64,000 nucleotides of DNA, from positions 6,207 through 70,206 of the forward strand of contig JAUSGQ010000002.1 of the NCBI GenBank assembly GCA_030674455.1, in the 5' to 3' direction. Made by a program: the position numbers and the translations under genes. Below, in pieces: positions 47,104 to 55,785 of this stretch. Under the pieces are notes generated by a model. It was not told the origin of the DNA and made no database searches. It was given only the letters and a program-made list of their open reading frames with translations. How positions within the stretch are numbered: the stretch's first letter is position 1; each line of letters begins with the position of its first letter. The DNA is from a bacterium. Its GTDB lineage: Bacteria > Patescibacteriota > Minisyncoccia > Phycocordibacterales > UBA2100.

Positions 47104-47135
47104 ACATACTTACAAACTTGAGAATGTGAGGATGT
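47104..47135. repeat. Family-2 variant palindrome ACATACTTACAAACTTGAGAATGTGAGGATGT
   Basis: The AACTTGAGAA centre is shared with 21925 and 22258. Confidence 0.65.
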
Positions 47136-47167
47136 CCGTTTGAAGAATCGGAAATTGCTCCCACTTT

Positions 47168-47200
47168 CTTATTCCAGTGTTTGCAAAACACTGGAATAAG
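47168..47200. repeat. 15-bp-stem palindrome CTTATTCCAGTGTTT-gca-AAACACTGGAATAAG
   Basis: Perfect hairpin in the proB-gap intergenic region. Confidence 0.7.
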
Positions 47201-47274
47201 AAAGTATGCGGGGTGTGGATATCGTCTAAGCACCTCTCGTGCCAGGGCTTAAAAAATGTAGTACACTGGCGCAA

Positions 47275-47376
47275 TGATACGCGTCGCAATTAACGGATTC
47301 GGCAGGACCCCGAAGGAAAGCAGAACTTACTACGGGGCGAGCATTAAGACGGATGGTACGTCAGTATCAATGTAAC
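47275..47376 (+). other. 33-codon upstream ORF whose first 11 residues (MIRVAINGFGR) duplicate the N-terminus of the downstream gap gene, using different codons
   Basis: atgatacgcgtcgcaattaacggattcggcagg encodes MIRVAINGFGR. The true gap start at 47380 encodes MSIRVAINGFGRIGR with nearly every codon synonymous-different. The uORF ends at a TAA 3 nt before the gap ATG. Confidence 0.6.
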
Positions 47377-47379
47377 ACT

Positions 47380-48387
47380 ATGAGTATCCGAGTAGCTATC
47401 AATGGTTTTGGGCGTATCGGACGCGGGTTTACGCGCTCTGCGCACGGGAAGAAGAATATCGAGATAGTGGCAATAAATGACCTTGCGCCGGCTGCGAATC
47501 TTGCGTATCTCCTCAAATACGACACTGTGTACGGGCGTGCGCAGTTTCCTGTCGAAGCGGCGGAAGGCGCAATAATCATTGATGGAAAGAAAGTTCCCGT
47601 GCTTGCCGAGAAGGACCCGGCGAAGTTGCCGTGGAAAGATTTGAATGTTGATATAGCTCTCGAATCTACGGGATTTTTCACTAATGCTGAAAAGGCCGGC
47701 GCGCACCTGACAGCCGGCGCGAAGCGCGTTGTAATCTCGGCGCCCGGGAAAGGCGAGGGGGTTGAAACAGTCGTCATAGGAGTGAATGAAGAGAAGCTGG
47801 CTAATTGCAAAATAAGTTCAAATGCGTCTTGCACGACGAACGCGGTAACTCCTGTCATGGGCATTCTGGATGAAGCAATCGGAATAGAACGCGCAATTTT
47901 AAATACTACGCACGCCTACACCGCTTCGCAGGCGATAGTGGATGGGGTAGCGGCGGATGATTTCCGGCGCGGGCGTGCCGCGGCCTTGAACATGGGGCCA
48001 TCGACGACCGGAGCCGCTAAAGCCACAGCCCTCGTATACCCTCAATTCAAAGGAAAGTTTGACGGTCTCGCAGTGCGCGTTCCCGTCGCCTCCGGCTCGA
48101 TTGCCGACGTTACATTTGTCTCAAAGCGGCCGACAACAGTGGAGGAGGTGAACGAGGCATTGCGTGCCGCTTCAAAAACAGACCGCTGGAAGCGCGTTTT
48201 TTCCGTTACGGAAGAGGCCATCGTTTCCTCCGACATCCTGGGGCTTCCCTATGGCTCGATTGCTGATTTGCCGATGACGCGCGTCGTGGACGGCACGCTC
48301 GTCAAAGTGCTTGCATGGTACGACAACGAAATGGGATATGTGCATACATTGGTGGAACACATCTCGGAAGTGGGGAAGTATATTTAA
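47380..48387 (+). CDS. gap: Type I glyceraldehyde-3-phosphate dehydrogenase
   Basis: MSIRVAINGFGRIGR...SNASCTTN...WYDNEMGY. Confidence 0.95.
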   Translation: MSIRVAINGFGRIGRGFTRSAHGKKNIEIVAINDLAPAANLAYLLKYDTVYGRAQFPVEAAEGAIIIDGKKVPVLAEKDPAKLPWKDLNVDIALESTGFFTNAEKAGAHLTAGAKRVVISAPGKGEGVETVVIGVNEEKLANCKISSNASCTTNAVTPVMGILDEAIGIERAILNTTHAYTASQAIVDGVAADDFRRGRAAALNMGPSTTGAAKATALVYPQFKGKFDGLAVRVPVASGSIADVTFVSKRPTTVEEVNEALRAASKTDRWKRVFSVTEEAIVSSDILGLPYGSIADLPMTRVVDGTLVKVLAWYDNEMGYVHTLVEHISEVGKYI

Positions 48388-48435
48388 AATGTTCAATTTT
48401 TAATTTTGCAATTTTCAATCAATTATCAATTTTCA

Positions 48436-48807
48436 ATGAAGCAAACTGAAAGAAAATTCGACCGTGAAGAACGAACTGCAAAATTCGGCGAAAATATCAT
48501 TGCACTGTGCAAGAGAGTGAAACATACCAACATTACAGAACCTATCGTAAATCAACTCGTACGGTCTGGCACAAGCGTGGGAGCAAACTACATGGAAGCA
48601 AATGGCGCAAGTTCAAAGCGAGATTTTACAAACAAAATATTTATTTGCAAAAAAGAATCTCAGGAATCTAAACACTGGCTTCGGATGCTTGCTTCGTGTG
48701 GTTTGGAAGAAATTAAAGATGATATTCGCACGTTATGGAAGGAGGCTCAAGAACTTACATTGATATTTCAAAAGATAACTACATCCGCGCGTTCGTCATC
48801 TGTTTGA
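48436..48807 (+). CDS. Four-helix-bundle protein (23S rRNA intervening-sequence protein family), copy 1
   Basis: IVNQLVRSGTSVGANYMEANGASSKRDFTNKIFICKKESQESKHWLRML matches the TIGR02436/PF05635 signature. It is a paralog of 50674..51024. Confidence 0.7.
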   Translation: MKQTERKFDREERTAKFGENIIALCKRVKHTNITEPIVNQLVRSGTSVGANYMEANGASSKRDFTNKIFICKKESQESKHWLRMLASCGLEEIKDDIRTLWKEAQELTLIFQKITTSARSSSV

Positions 48808-48864
48808 AATTTAAAACATTGTAAATTCAATGAAAATTAAGAATTAAAAATTGTAAATTGCTAT

Positions 48865-49356
48865 ATGCAAATCTATTTCGCAAGCGATCATGGTGGTTTT
48901 GAACTGAAAAATATCCTTGTTGGATATGTACGGTCGCTTGGATTTGCAGTGGAGGATTGCGGCGCAAAGAGTTTTGATTCTAACGACGATTATCCGAGCA
49001 TTATTGCGGGCGCCGCTCGCAAGCTTTCGGCCGACGCCCTTGCGGGCCGCGACAGCCGTGCAATCGTCATTGGCGCTTCCGGCCAGGGGGAAGCTATTAT
49101 TGCCAATCGTTTCAAAGGTGTGCGTTGTGCCACCTACTATGGTTCCGCGGGAGAGCAAAAAGACATGAGCGGAAAGACTCTCGATATGATTTCGTCCGTA
49201 CGCGAGCACAATAATGCGAACGCGATTTCTCTCGGTGCGCGATTCCTGACTGTTGATGAGGCGAAGAAGGCAGTTGAAAGATGGCTTAAAACGGACTTCT
49301 CTGGGGAGGAGCGGCATGCGCGAAGAATTGCACAGATTGACGAGATAAAGTCCTAA
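48865..49356 (+). CDS. rpiB: Ribose-5-phosphate isomerase B
   Basis: IYFASDHGGFELKN...GIVIGASGQGEAIIANRFKGVRCA (RpiB/LacAB). Confidence 0.85.
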   Translation: MQIYFASDHGGFELKNILVGYVRSLGFAVEDCGAKSFDSNDDYPSIIAGAARKLSADALAGRDSRAIVIGASGQGEAIIANRFKGVRCATYYGSAGEQKDMSGKTLDMISSVREHNNANAISLGARFLTVDEAKKAVERWLKTDFSGEERHARRIAQIDEIKS

Positions 49357-49456
49357 TCTACGAATATATCCCAATCTACAAATAACTACGAATATCAAAA
49401 TACTCAACATTTGTAGCCATTTGTAGTATTCGTATCATTTGTATATTGGAACACGT

Positions 49457-50167
49457 ATGGCCGAAATTGAAATTATCCCGACGAATACTTGTCCGCCGGA
49501 TTATTCCGAGCTTGCTCGGCGCTCCGAATCTTTTTCGACATTTGCACCGGTGATACAACTGGATTTGGACGATGGAGTTTTTGCGCCGGTAGTTTCGTGG
49601 CCATACCACAAGGGTCAGTGGGAAGAAGTTGAAACGATGGCAAAAGGAGGAGAGAAGTTGCCATTTTCAGAAACGATGAAATACGAGACGCACTTAATGG
49701 TTCAAGAACCGGTGCGCATCGGAGAAATGCTCGCACAGATGGGTTGCGCGCGCATTATTGCGCACCGAGAAGTGTTTAAAGATGCGCAGGCAGTTACAAA
49801 TGCTTTTTCGAAATGGAGAGACGCGGGTGCATCAGAGTTTGGTTTGGCTTTGCTCATCGATACGCCGCTTTCTGTACTAGACGGATGCGTTGAGGATTGT
49901 GACGTCGTTCAATTAATGTCGATTCCGACCTTGGGAAAACAGGGCGCCCCCTATGACTCGCGCGTCATTGGCCGCATTGAGGAACTCCACAAGCGCTACC
50001 CGGAACTCATTATTGCCGTCGATGGCGGTGTTTCCGAGAAAAACATTGCCGACCTCGTACGCGCAGGGGCGAGGCGCTTTGGCATAGGTTCTGCTATCTC
50101 AAAAGCCGCGAATCCGGCCGATTCTTACGCGCGAATTAAGGCACTGGCTGAATCTGCAATCGTCTAG
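49457..50167 (+). CDS. rpe: Ribulose-phosphate 3-epimerase-like (divergent)
   Basis: QLDLDDGVF...THLMV...QLMSIPTLGKQGAPY...IAVDGGVSEKN...FGIGSAI parallels Rpe motifs (HxDxMDG, HLM, PGFGGQ, VDGG). The sequence is divergent. Confidence 0.6.
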   Translation: MAEIEIIPTNTCPPDYSELARRSESFSTFAPVIQLDLDDGVFAPVVSWPYHKGQWEEVETMAKGGEKLPFSETMKYETHLMVQEPVRIGEMLAQMGCARIIAHREVFKDAQAVTNAFSKWRDAGASEFGLALLIDTPLSVLDGCVEDCDVVQLMSIPTLGKQGAPYDSRVIGRIEELHKRYPELIIAVDGGVSEKNIADLVRAGARRFGIGSAISKAANPADSYARIKALAESAIV

Positions 50168-50179
50168 TAATGTTAGTGT

Positions 50180-50617
50180 ATGAAGACAATACTGTTCATA
50201 CACGGCCCCAATCTTAATCTGCTCGGCGCGCGCGAGGCAGAGCACTACGGCACAAAAACGCTGTCAGATATTGAATCGTTGGTGAAAGAACAGGCGAAGA
50301 AATTGGGATTCGAAGTGCTTGCGTTCCAATCCAACCACGAGGGCGCACTGGTGGATTTCCTGCAGAAGGAAGGTCCGAAAGCCTCGGGCATCATCATCAA
50401 TCCCGGTGCGCTCACGCACTCGAGCTACACATTGCACGACGCACTTCGCGACACGAAATTGCCTGCCGTTGAAGTTCATCTTTCCGACATCAACTCCCGC
50501 GAGGAGTGGAGGCGCGTTTCCGTTACGGCTCCCGCGTGCATCGCGCAAGTTTCCGGAAAGAAGGAAGAGGGGTACATTGAAGCGCTAGAAGTTTTGCATA
50601 AGAACATCCAAGGATGA
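50180..50617 (+). CDS. aroQ: Type II 3-dehydroquinate dehydratase
   Basis: ILFIHGPNLNLLG...INPGALTHSSYTLHDA. Confidence 0.9.
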   Translation: MKTILFIHGPNLNLLGAREAEHYGTKTLSDIESLVKEQAKKLGFEVLAFQSNHEGALVDFLQKEGPKASGIIINPGALTHSSYTLHDALRDTKLPAVEVHLSDINSREEWRRVSVTAPACIAQVSGKKEEGYIEALEVLHKNIQG

Positions 50618-50673
50618 ATTTGCAATAATCAATTTGCAATTTGCAAAGAAATCACAATAAACAATTACCAAAC

Positions 50674-51024
50674 ATGAAATACGATTTGGAAGAACGTGTG
50701 GCAAAATTTGGAGAGGACATTATTGATTTCTCGAAAAAGGTGGCGAAGAATGAGATTACCAAACCACTCATAAACCAGATTGTACGCTCTGGAACAAGCA
50801 TCGGTGCGAATTACATGGAAGCGAACGAAGCAAGTTCAAAGAAGGATTTCCGAAATAAAATCAAGATTTGTTGCAAAGAGTCTAGAGAAACAAAACACTG
50901 GCTACGAATGATAGCGCGTGCTGATGAAAAAGTGATACTATCATGCAAACTGCTATGGAAAGAAGGCGACGAACTCAATAGAATATTTGGCAGCATAGCC
51001 CGTAAATCCGTTGAGGTTTCTTGA
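50674..51024 (+). CDS. Four-helix-bundle protein (23S rRNA IVS protein family), copy 2
   Basis: LINQIVRSGTSIGANYMEANEASSKKDFRNKIKICCKESRETKHWLRMI. About 55% identical to copy 1. Confidence 0.7.
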   Translation: MKYDLEERVAKFGEDIIDFSKKVAKNEITKPLINQIVRSGTSIGANYMEANEASSKKDFRNKIKICCKESRETKHWLRMIARADEKVILSCKLLWKEGDELNRIFGSIARKSVEVS

Positions 51025-51035
51025 AAATTATGACT

Positions 51036-51077
51036 TGTAAATTATTTGCAAATTGCAAATTGTCAAATTGAGATTTT
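51036..51077 (+). promoter_or_regulatory. AT-rich upstream motif TTTGCAAATTGCAAATTG(n)AAATTGAGATTT, copy before aroE
   Basis: Near-identical motifs lie at 54751..54776 (before tkt) and 58976..59009 (before rplY). Related TTGCAA/TTGTAAATT runs precede both 4HB genes and rpiB. Confidence 0.55.
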
Positions 51078-51082
51078 ATTTT

Positions 51083-51904
51083 ATGTCCATATCAGCTCAC
51101 ACCAAGCTCACTGCCGTTATTGGAAATCCGATAGGCCATAGTTTGAGCCCGCTTTTGCACAACGACATATACGCGCGCGAAGAGGTGGACGCCGTCATGC
51201 TTGCGTTCCAAAACCCGAACATCGCCGAACTTGTCGCCGCGATTCGTTCGCTTCCGATACATTTGACCGCCATAACGCTCCCGCACAAAGAATCCGTCAT
51301 CCCTCTTTTGGACGAGGTTGATGCGAAGGCGCTCGCCATCGGTTCGGTGAATACGGTCGTCAACACAAACGGGAAACTCAAGGGTTACAACACCGATGTC
51401 GTTGGCATCGCGGTCGCACTCAAAGATGCGGCGCTCAAAGGCAAGAGCGTTTTAATCTTCGGCGCCGGAGGTGCTGCGCGCGCTGTCGCATATCACATGA
51501 AAGAGAGCGGAGCGAAAATCCACAGCTACGATAGGACGCTCAAGAAAGCGCAGCTGTTGTGTGAGAAATTCGGCGGCACGGCACTGGAAGCCGCAGCTCT
51601 AAATGGCATGCAATTTGATGTCATCGTAAATGCCTCTCCCGTCGGCCTCCACCCCAATACTGATGCGACACCGGTACCGAAAGAAATGATCCGGAAAGGC
51701 GGAGTGGTATTTGACCTTGTATACAATCCGCTCGAAACTCGCCTCATGCGCGAAGCGCGGGAAGTTGGAGCGCAGGTTATTTCAGGCCTCACGATGCTCG
51801 TCGAACAAGCGCTCGAACAAGAGCGCCTATGGCTCGGAAGAGAAATTGGCAACGCTCCATACTACGTGCTTCTGGAGAGGGAGTTGAACAAACAGCACAA
51901 ATGA
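51083..51904 (+). CDS. aroE: Shikimate dehydrogenase
   Basis: KLTAVIGNPIGHSLSPLLHN...ILGAGGAARAV. Confidence 0.85.
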   Translation: MSISAHTKLTAVIGNPIGHSLSPLLHNDIYAREEVDAVMLAFQNPNIAELVAAIRSLPIHLTAITLPHKESVIPLLDEVDAKALAIGSVNTVVNTNGKLKGYNTDVVGIAVALKDAALKGKSVLIFGAGGAARAVAYHMKESGAKIHSYDRTLKKAQLLCEKFGGTALEAAALNGMQFDVIVNASPVGLHPNTDATPVPKEMIRKGGVVFDLVYNPLETRLMREAREVGAQVISGLTMLVEQALEQERLWLGREIGNAPYYVLLERELNKQHK

Positions 51905-51906
51905 AA

Positions 51907-51952
51907 TTCCCGAGGTGACTCCTTGGTATTTTGCAAGGTGTCTCCTCGGGAG
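51907..51952. repeat. Family-3 palindromic element TTCCCGAGGTGACTCCTTGGTATTTTGCAAGGTGTCTCCTCGGGAG (reverse orientation relative to 58927)
   Basis: Its reverse complement differs from the 58927 copy at 2-3 positions. Confidence 0.8.
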
Positions 51953-52080
51953 CAAAACGATATCATCATCTGATGTCCGGCCGGACATTAGATGATGATA
52001 TGCCGGAAAACTTGACAGGGGGGGGTTCTCAATATGATAGCTGTCGGCTGTTCCGATTAATCTTCCAGAAAGGAGGGACT

Positions 52081-52338
52081 ATGGCCATCCCAGACGATAT
52101 AACGCATTACATGGTCGACAGGCTGTTTCTGCGTCTTCCGGAAATTGAACATCGGGCGTTCATTGTGCATTGTCATGAGGCACCACATGAGGTTGTTGCC
52201 TCACTGACTTACGCTCGCGTGGATGCATTGCTGGAAGGCGCAGGGAAGAGCCTGCGCAGGACGGTGTGCGTAGAAGATTTCCAAGTAGCGGCAGAGCAAA
52301 TCGTAGCGCACATCAGGCAGCGCTACGTAGCCAGTTAA
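52081..52338 (+). CDS. Small (86 aa) putative HTH protein resembling sigma-70 region 4
   Basis: Strong SD AAAGGAGGG 3 nt before the ATG. LPEIEHRAFIVHCHEAPHEVVASLTYARVDALLEGAGKSL parallels the sigma region-4 consensus LPERQREVF.L...GLSYEEIAE.LG....TVKSRL. Confidence 0.4.
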   Translation: MAIPDDITHYMVDRLFLRLPEIEHRAFIVHCHEAPHEVVASLTYARVDALLEGAGKSLRRTVCVEDFQVAAEQIVAHIRQRYVAS

Positions 52339-52484
52339 AGCTGGCTGGTATTAGAGGTCGTACTAGGCAAAAGGGGCGTGCCGACAAGTACGACCTTTTT
52401 GTTTCGATACCAGGCTCGATACCAGGCTTTTGAGCGCTCCTCATCAGTGGTACACTAAATTCAACGGCCGAGCCGTTACTGCAT

Positions 52485-53531
52485 ATGGGAGTCACAATAA
52501 TCAAGAAAATGCCTTCTGCCGACGAGATAATCGCTCGTCATCCGCTTTCTGCGCAAGGAGAAAAGAACGTTGAAAGAGACCGCAAAGAAATTTCCGACAT
52601 TCTCGCGGGGCGCGATAACCGTTTGCTTTTTATCGTTGGCCCCTGTTCCGCGTGGCCGAGCGAGTACGTTCTTGAATACGCCAAGCGGCTGAAGTATCTT
52701 TCAGACGAACTCAAAAGCTCGCTCAAAATCGTAATGCGCGTCTACATCCAGAAACCCCGCACCATCAAAGGCTGGCTCGGGCCGGTAAATCAGCCCGACC
52801 CGTTCAAGCCGGCGGATATTGCCGCAGGAATTGAGTACTGCCGCGACATGATGGTGAAAATCGTTGAGATGGGATTGCCAATAGCCGACGAAGCGCTCTT
52901 CACCCACAACTCAAAAGGATTTGCGGAACTTCTTTCGTGGATAGCGATCGGCGCGCGAAGCGTAGAAGACCAGGAGCATAGGATTTTTGCTTCGGGCATG
53001 GAAGGCCCCGTGGGAATGAAAAATGCCACCTCCGGCTCAATTGATGTCGCGGTCAATGCTATCGTCGCCGCTCAACACAAACATGTAGCGGTAATAGACG
53101 GCTACCAGGTGGAGACGCACGGGAATCCATACGCGCATCTCGTGCTTCGCGGCGGAGAAACCGGCCCTAATTACGGCGCAGAATACATACACAAAGCGAA
53201 GGCCCTTTTTGAAAAGCACAAAGTTAAAAATCCATCAATCATCATTGATGCGAGCCACGACAACTGCATTGTGAACGGAAAAAAGGACTGCACGATGCAA
53301 TCAACCGTGGTGAAAGAGGTACTCGCGACGCTAAAGGTACACGACGACTGCCGCCATCTGGTAAAAGGTTTTATGGTGGAAAGTTTTCTCAAGGAGGGGA
53401 ATCAAAAGGTAGACTCACTCACGGAAGAAACGATTGACCGCGGCGGGCTTTCTATAACTGACCCGTGTTTGGGATGGGAAGCGACGGAGAAATTATTGCG
53501 TGATGTACACAAAGAGCAGCATGCAAACTAA
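52485..53531 (+). CDS. aroG: 3-deoxy-7-phosphoheptulonate (DAHP) synthase, class I-alpha (AroG/F/H type)
   Basis: LLFIVGPCS...IVMRVYIQKPRTIKGW...WIAIGARSVEDQEHR...PVGMKNATSGSIDVA...HLVLRGG closely parallels E. coli AroG. Confidence 0.9.
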   Translation: MGVTIIKKMPSADEIIARHPLSAQGEKNVERDRKEISDILAGRDNRLLFIVGPCSAWPSEYVLEYAKRLKYLSDELKSSLKIVMRVYIQKPRTIKGWLGPVNQPDPFKPADIAAGIEYCRDMMVKIVEMGLPIADEALFTHNSKGFAELLSWIAIGARSVEDQEHRIFASGMEGPVGMKNATSGSIDVAVNAIVAAQHKHVAVIDGYQVETHGNPYAHLVLRGGETGPNYGAEYIHKAKALFEKHKVKNPSIIIDASHDNCIVNGKKDCTMQSTVVKEVLATLKVHDDCRHLVKGFMVESFLKEGNQKVDSLTEETIDRGGLSITDPCLGWEATEKLLRDVHKEQHAN

Positions 53532-54660
53532 GACCATAGAAGCCAGTGTGGAGGGAGGAAAGGGATACTCCGTATCGATCGGTTTGGGGCTCGAAAAAGA
53601 ACTTCAGGAAATTGTGAGTCGAGAAGGAGGCGAGAATCGAATTGTAGTTATCACCGACAAACGCGTCGAGAAGTTTTTTGGAGCGCAGATTTTGTCGGCG
53701 CTTGAAATACCCCTGCCTGCGCCGCACGCGCGGCAGGCAGGTGGAAAACCCGTGGAGCTTTACAGTTTTTCGGAAGGGGAACGCAACAAGAATCAAAAGA
53801 CGGTAACGGCGCTTCAGCATGAGCTTCTGAACGGAAGATACGGACGCGACACTCTCATTATTGCAGTCGGTGGGGGAATTGTTGGCGATGTTGGCGGATT
53901 CGTAGCGGCGACATACATGCGCGGCGTTCCCTATATAAACGTCCCGACGACGCTTCTCGCGATGGTAGACAGTTCCATTGGAGGGAAAGTCGGCATTGAT
54001 ACAAAGTACGGAAAAAACACCATTGGCAGTTTCTGGCAGCCGCGCGCTGTAATCATGGATATTCAGTATCTCGCAAAAATGCCGCGCGAGCAGATAATAA
54101 ACGGCTTGCTTGAGGCCGTGAAGACTTTTATGACATCGGACCGCGAGGCACTTTCTCTCGTAGAAAAACTCAATCTTGATGAGCCGCTAGAAAACCCGGA
54201 GGTTCTTCAAGAAATTATTTTCCGCTCCGTTAACATTAAAGTCGGAGTAACGAGCCGGGATGTGCGCGAGGGAGGCGAGCGGATGGTACTCAATTTCGGA
54301 CATACTATCGGACACGCGATTGAACTGCTTTCCGGCTACCGTTTGCCGCACGGTTTTGCCGTGGGCTATGGCATTTTGGCCGAAGCGAAGATTTCTGAAT
54401 TGCTCGGCATACTTTCGCCGGCGGATTGCGCAGAAATCTACAAGCATTTTGCTCGCCTTGGAATTACTCCAAAGGATTTTCCTCAACACTCTCCGGAAAA
54501 GATTCTTGAAGCGACGCTTGGGGATAAGAAAACGCGTGGCGGAGTACCGCGCTATGTCTTACTTGAGTCCATCGGAAAAGTGCAGGTGAAGGAGGGCAAA
54601 TTTGCTCATCCGGTTGCGGACGATGTTGTTACAAAAGCGCTCCAAGACTTAAGACAATAA
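53521..54660 (+). CDS. aroB: 3-dehydroquinate synthase
   Basis: LIIAVGGGIVGDVGGFVAATYMRGVPYINVPTTLLAMVDSSIGGK. It contains an in-frame family-1 palindrome (PLPAPHARQAGGK). Confidence 0.9.
   Translation: MQTKTIEASVEGGKGYSVSIGLGLEKELQEIVSREGGENRIVVITDKRVEKFFGAQILSALEIPLPAPHARQAGGKPVELYSFSEGERNKNQKTVTALQHELLNGRYGRDTLIIAVGGGIVGDVGGFVAATYMRGVPYINVPTTLLAMVDSSIGGKVGIDTKYGKNTIGSFWQPRAVIMDIQYLAKMPREQIINGLLEAVKTFMTSDREALSLVEKLNLDEPLENPEVLQEIIFRSVNIKVGVTSRDVREGGERMVLNFGHTIGHAIELLSGYRLPHGFAVGYGILAEAKISELLGILSPADCAEIYKHFARLGITPKDFPQHSPEKILEATLGDKKTRGGVPRYVLLESIGKVQVKEGKFAHPVADDVVTKALQDLRQ
53712..53741. repeat. Family-1 palindrome CCTGCCTGCGCCGCACGCGCGGCAGGCAGG inside aroB, in frame
   Basis: Canonical arms. 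Confidence 0.8.
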
Positions 54661-54810
54661 TTTGCAAATACCAATTTGCAATTTGCAAAAGAATCCACAA
54701 ATTCCAAGCGTCAGAAGAGGCGATTATTTGTGAATTGAGTTTTGGAATTTCATTTGCAAATTGCAAATTGAGATTTAGGGGTGAGATTTACTAATGGTAT
54801 ACTGCCAACA

Positions 54811-55659
54811 ATGACAATTACAGATGAAGAAGTCCGGCAGATTGCACTTCATGCTAACGATATCCGGCAGACAATTGTTCGGATGCTCGCTGCTGCCGGC
54901 TCCGGGCATACCGCCGGCCCTTTGGGAATGTCTGATATTTTTGCGGCTCTCTATTTCCACGTATTGAAGCATGACCCGAAAAATCCGAGTTGGCCGGAGC
55001 GGGACCGACTATTTCTTTCCAATGGCCATATCGCACCCGTGCTATATGCCTCAATGGCGCACTCCGGATACTTTCCCGTTGAAGAATGTCTGACGCTCCG
55101 CAAATTCGGTTCGCGTCTGCAGGGGCATCCGGAACGGCATATGTTGCCCGGCCTTGAGTCAACATCGGGTCCTCTTGGAAGCGGGATTTCGCAGGCCGCC
55201 GGTTACGCGTATGCCGCGCGCATGGATGGAAGAGATTTCCGCGTGTATGTCGCGACATCGGACGGCGAACACGACGAGGGAAATTCGTGGGAGGGTGCGA
55301 TGTTCGCCTCCGCGAAGAAATTGGGAAACCTAACGCAAGTTATTGACCGCAATTTTATCCAGATAGACGGCAATACCGAAGACGTTATGCCGCTCGAACC
55401 ATTCGGCGATAAATACCGCGCGTTCGGCTGGCACGTCATCGACATAGACGGCCACGATATCAGGCAGTTCATTGGCGCATGCGAGGAGGCGAAAACTGTT
55501 ACGGACAAACCAACGCTTATTCATGCACGCACGACTCCCGGCAAAGGCATCAAATCCATAGAGAACGATTATCTCTGGCACGGCAAACCGCCGTCCAAAG
55601 CAGAAGAAGTGGTTTTTTTGAAGGAATTGGAGCTTGCTCGAGAGGAACTGCTCAAATAG
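54811..55659 (+). CDS. tktN: Transketolase, N-terminal (TPP-binding) subunit of a split enzyme
   Basis: The N-terminus VRQIALHANDIRQTIVRMLAAAGSGHTAGPLGMSDIFAALY closely parallels E. coli TktA residues ~5-45. The ORF ends at 292 aa. Confidence 0.85.
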   Translation: MTITDEEVRQIALHANDIRQTIVRMLAAAGSGHTAGPLGMSDIFAALYFHVLKHDPKNPSWPERDRLFLSNGHIAPVLYASMAHSGYFPVEECLTLRKFGSRLQGHPERHMLPGLESTSGPLGSGISQAAGYAYAARMDGRDFRVYVATSDGEHDEGNSWEGAMFASAKKLGNLTQVIDRNFIQIDGNTEDVMPLEPFGDKYRAFGWHVIDIDGHDIRQFIGACEEAKTVTDKPTLIHARTTPGKGIKSIENDYLWHGKPPSKAEEVVFLKELELAREELLK

Positions 55660-55663
55660 TTAT

Positions 55664-55785
55664 GCGTCCCGTTAGAAGTCGCGGAAGTTCAGACTGTGGT
55701 ACATTCAAGGTATGTTATTTATCGGTCGGATGCTTACAAGCAATAACTTCTGAGTCGGAAGCGCGAGCTTCCTACTTCTAACGGG
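55664..55785. repeat. Long-range inverted repeat (ATGCGTCCCGTTAGAAGTCGCGGAAG ... CTTCCTACTTCTAACGGGATGCGC) spanning the tktN - DUF296 junction
   Basis: ~25-bp arms separated by ~65 nt. The 5' arm starts 4 nt after the tktN stop. The 3' arm ends at, and includes, the DUF296 ATG. Confidence 0.65.
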
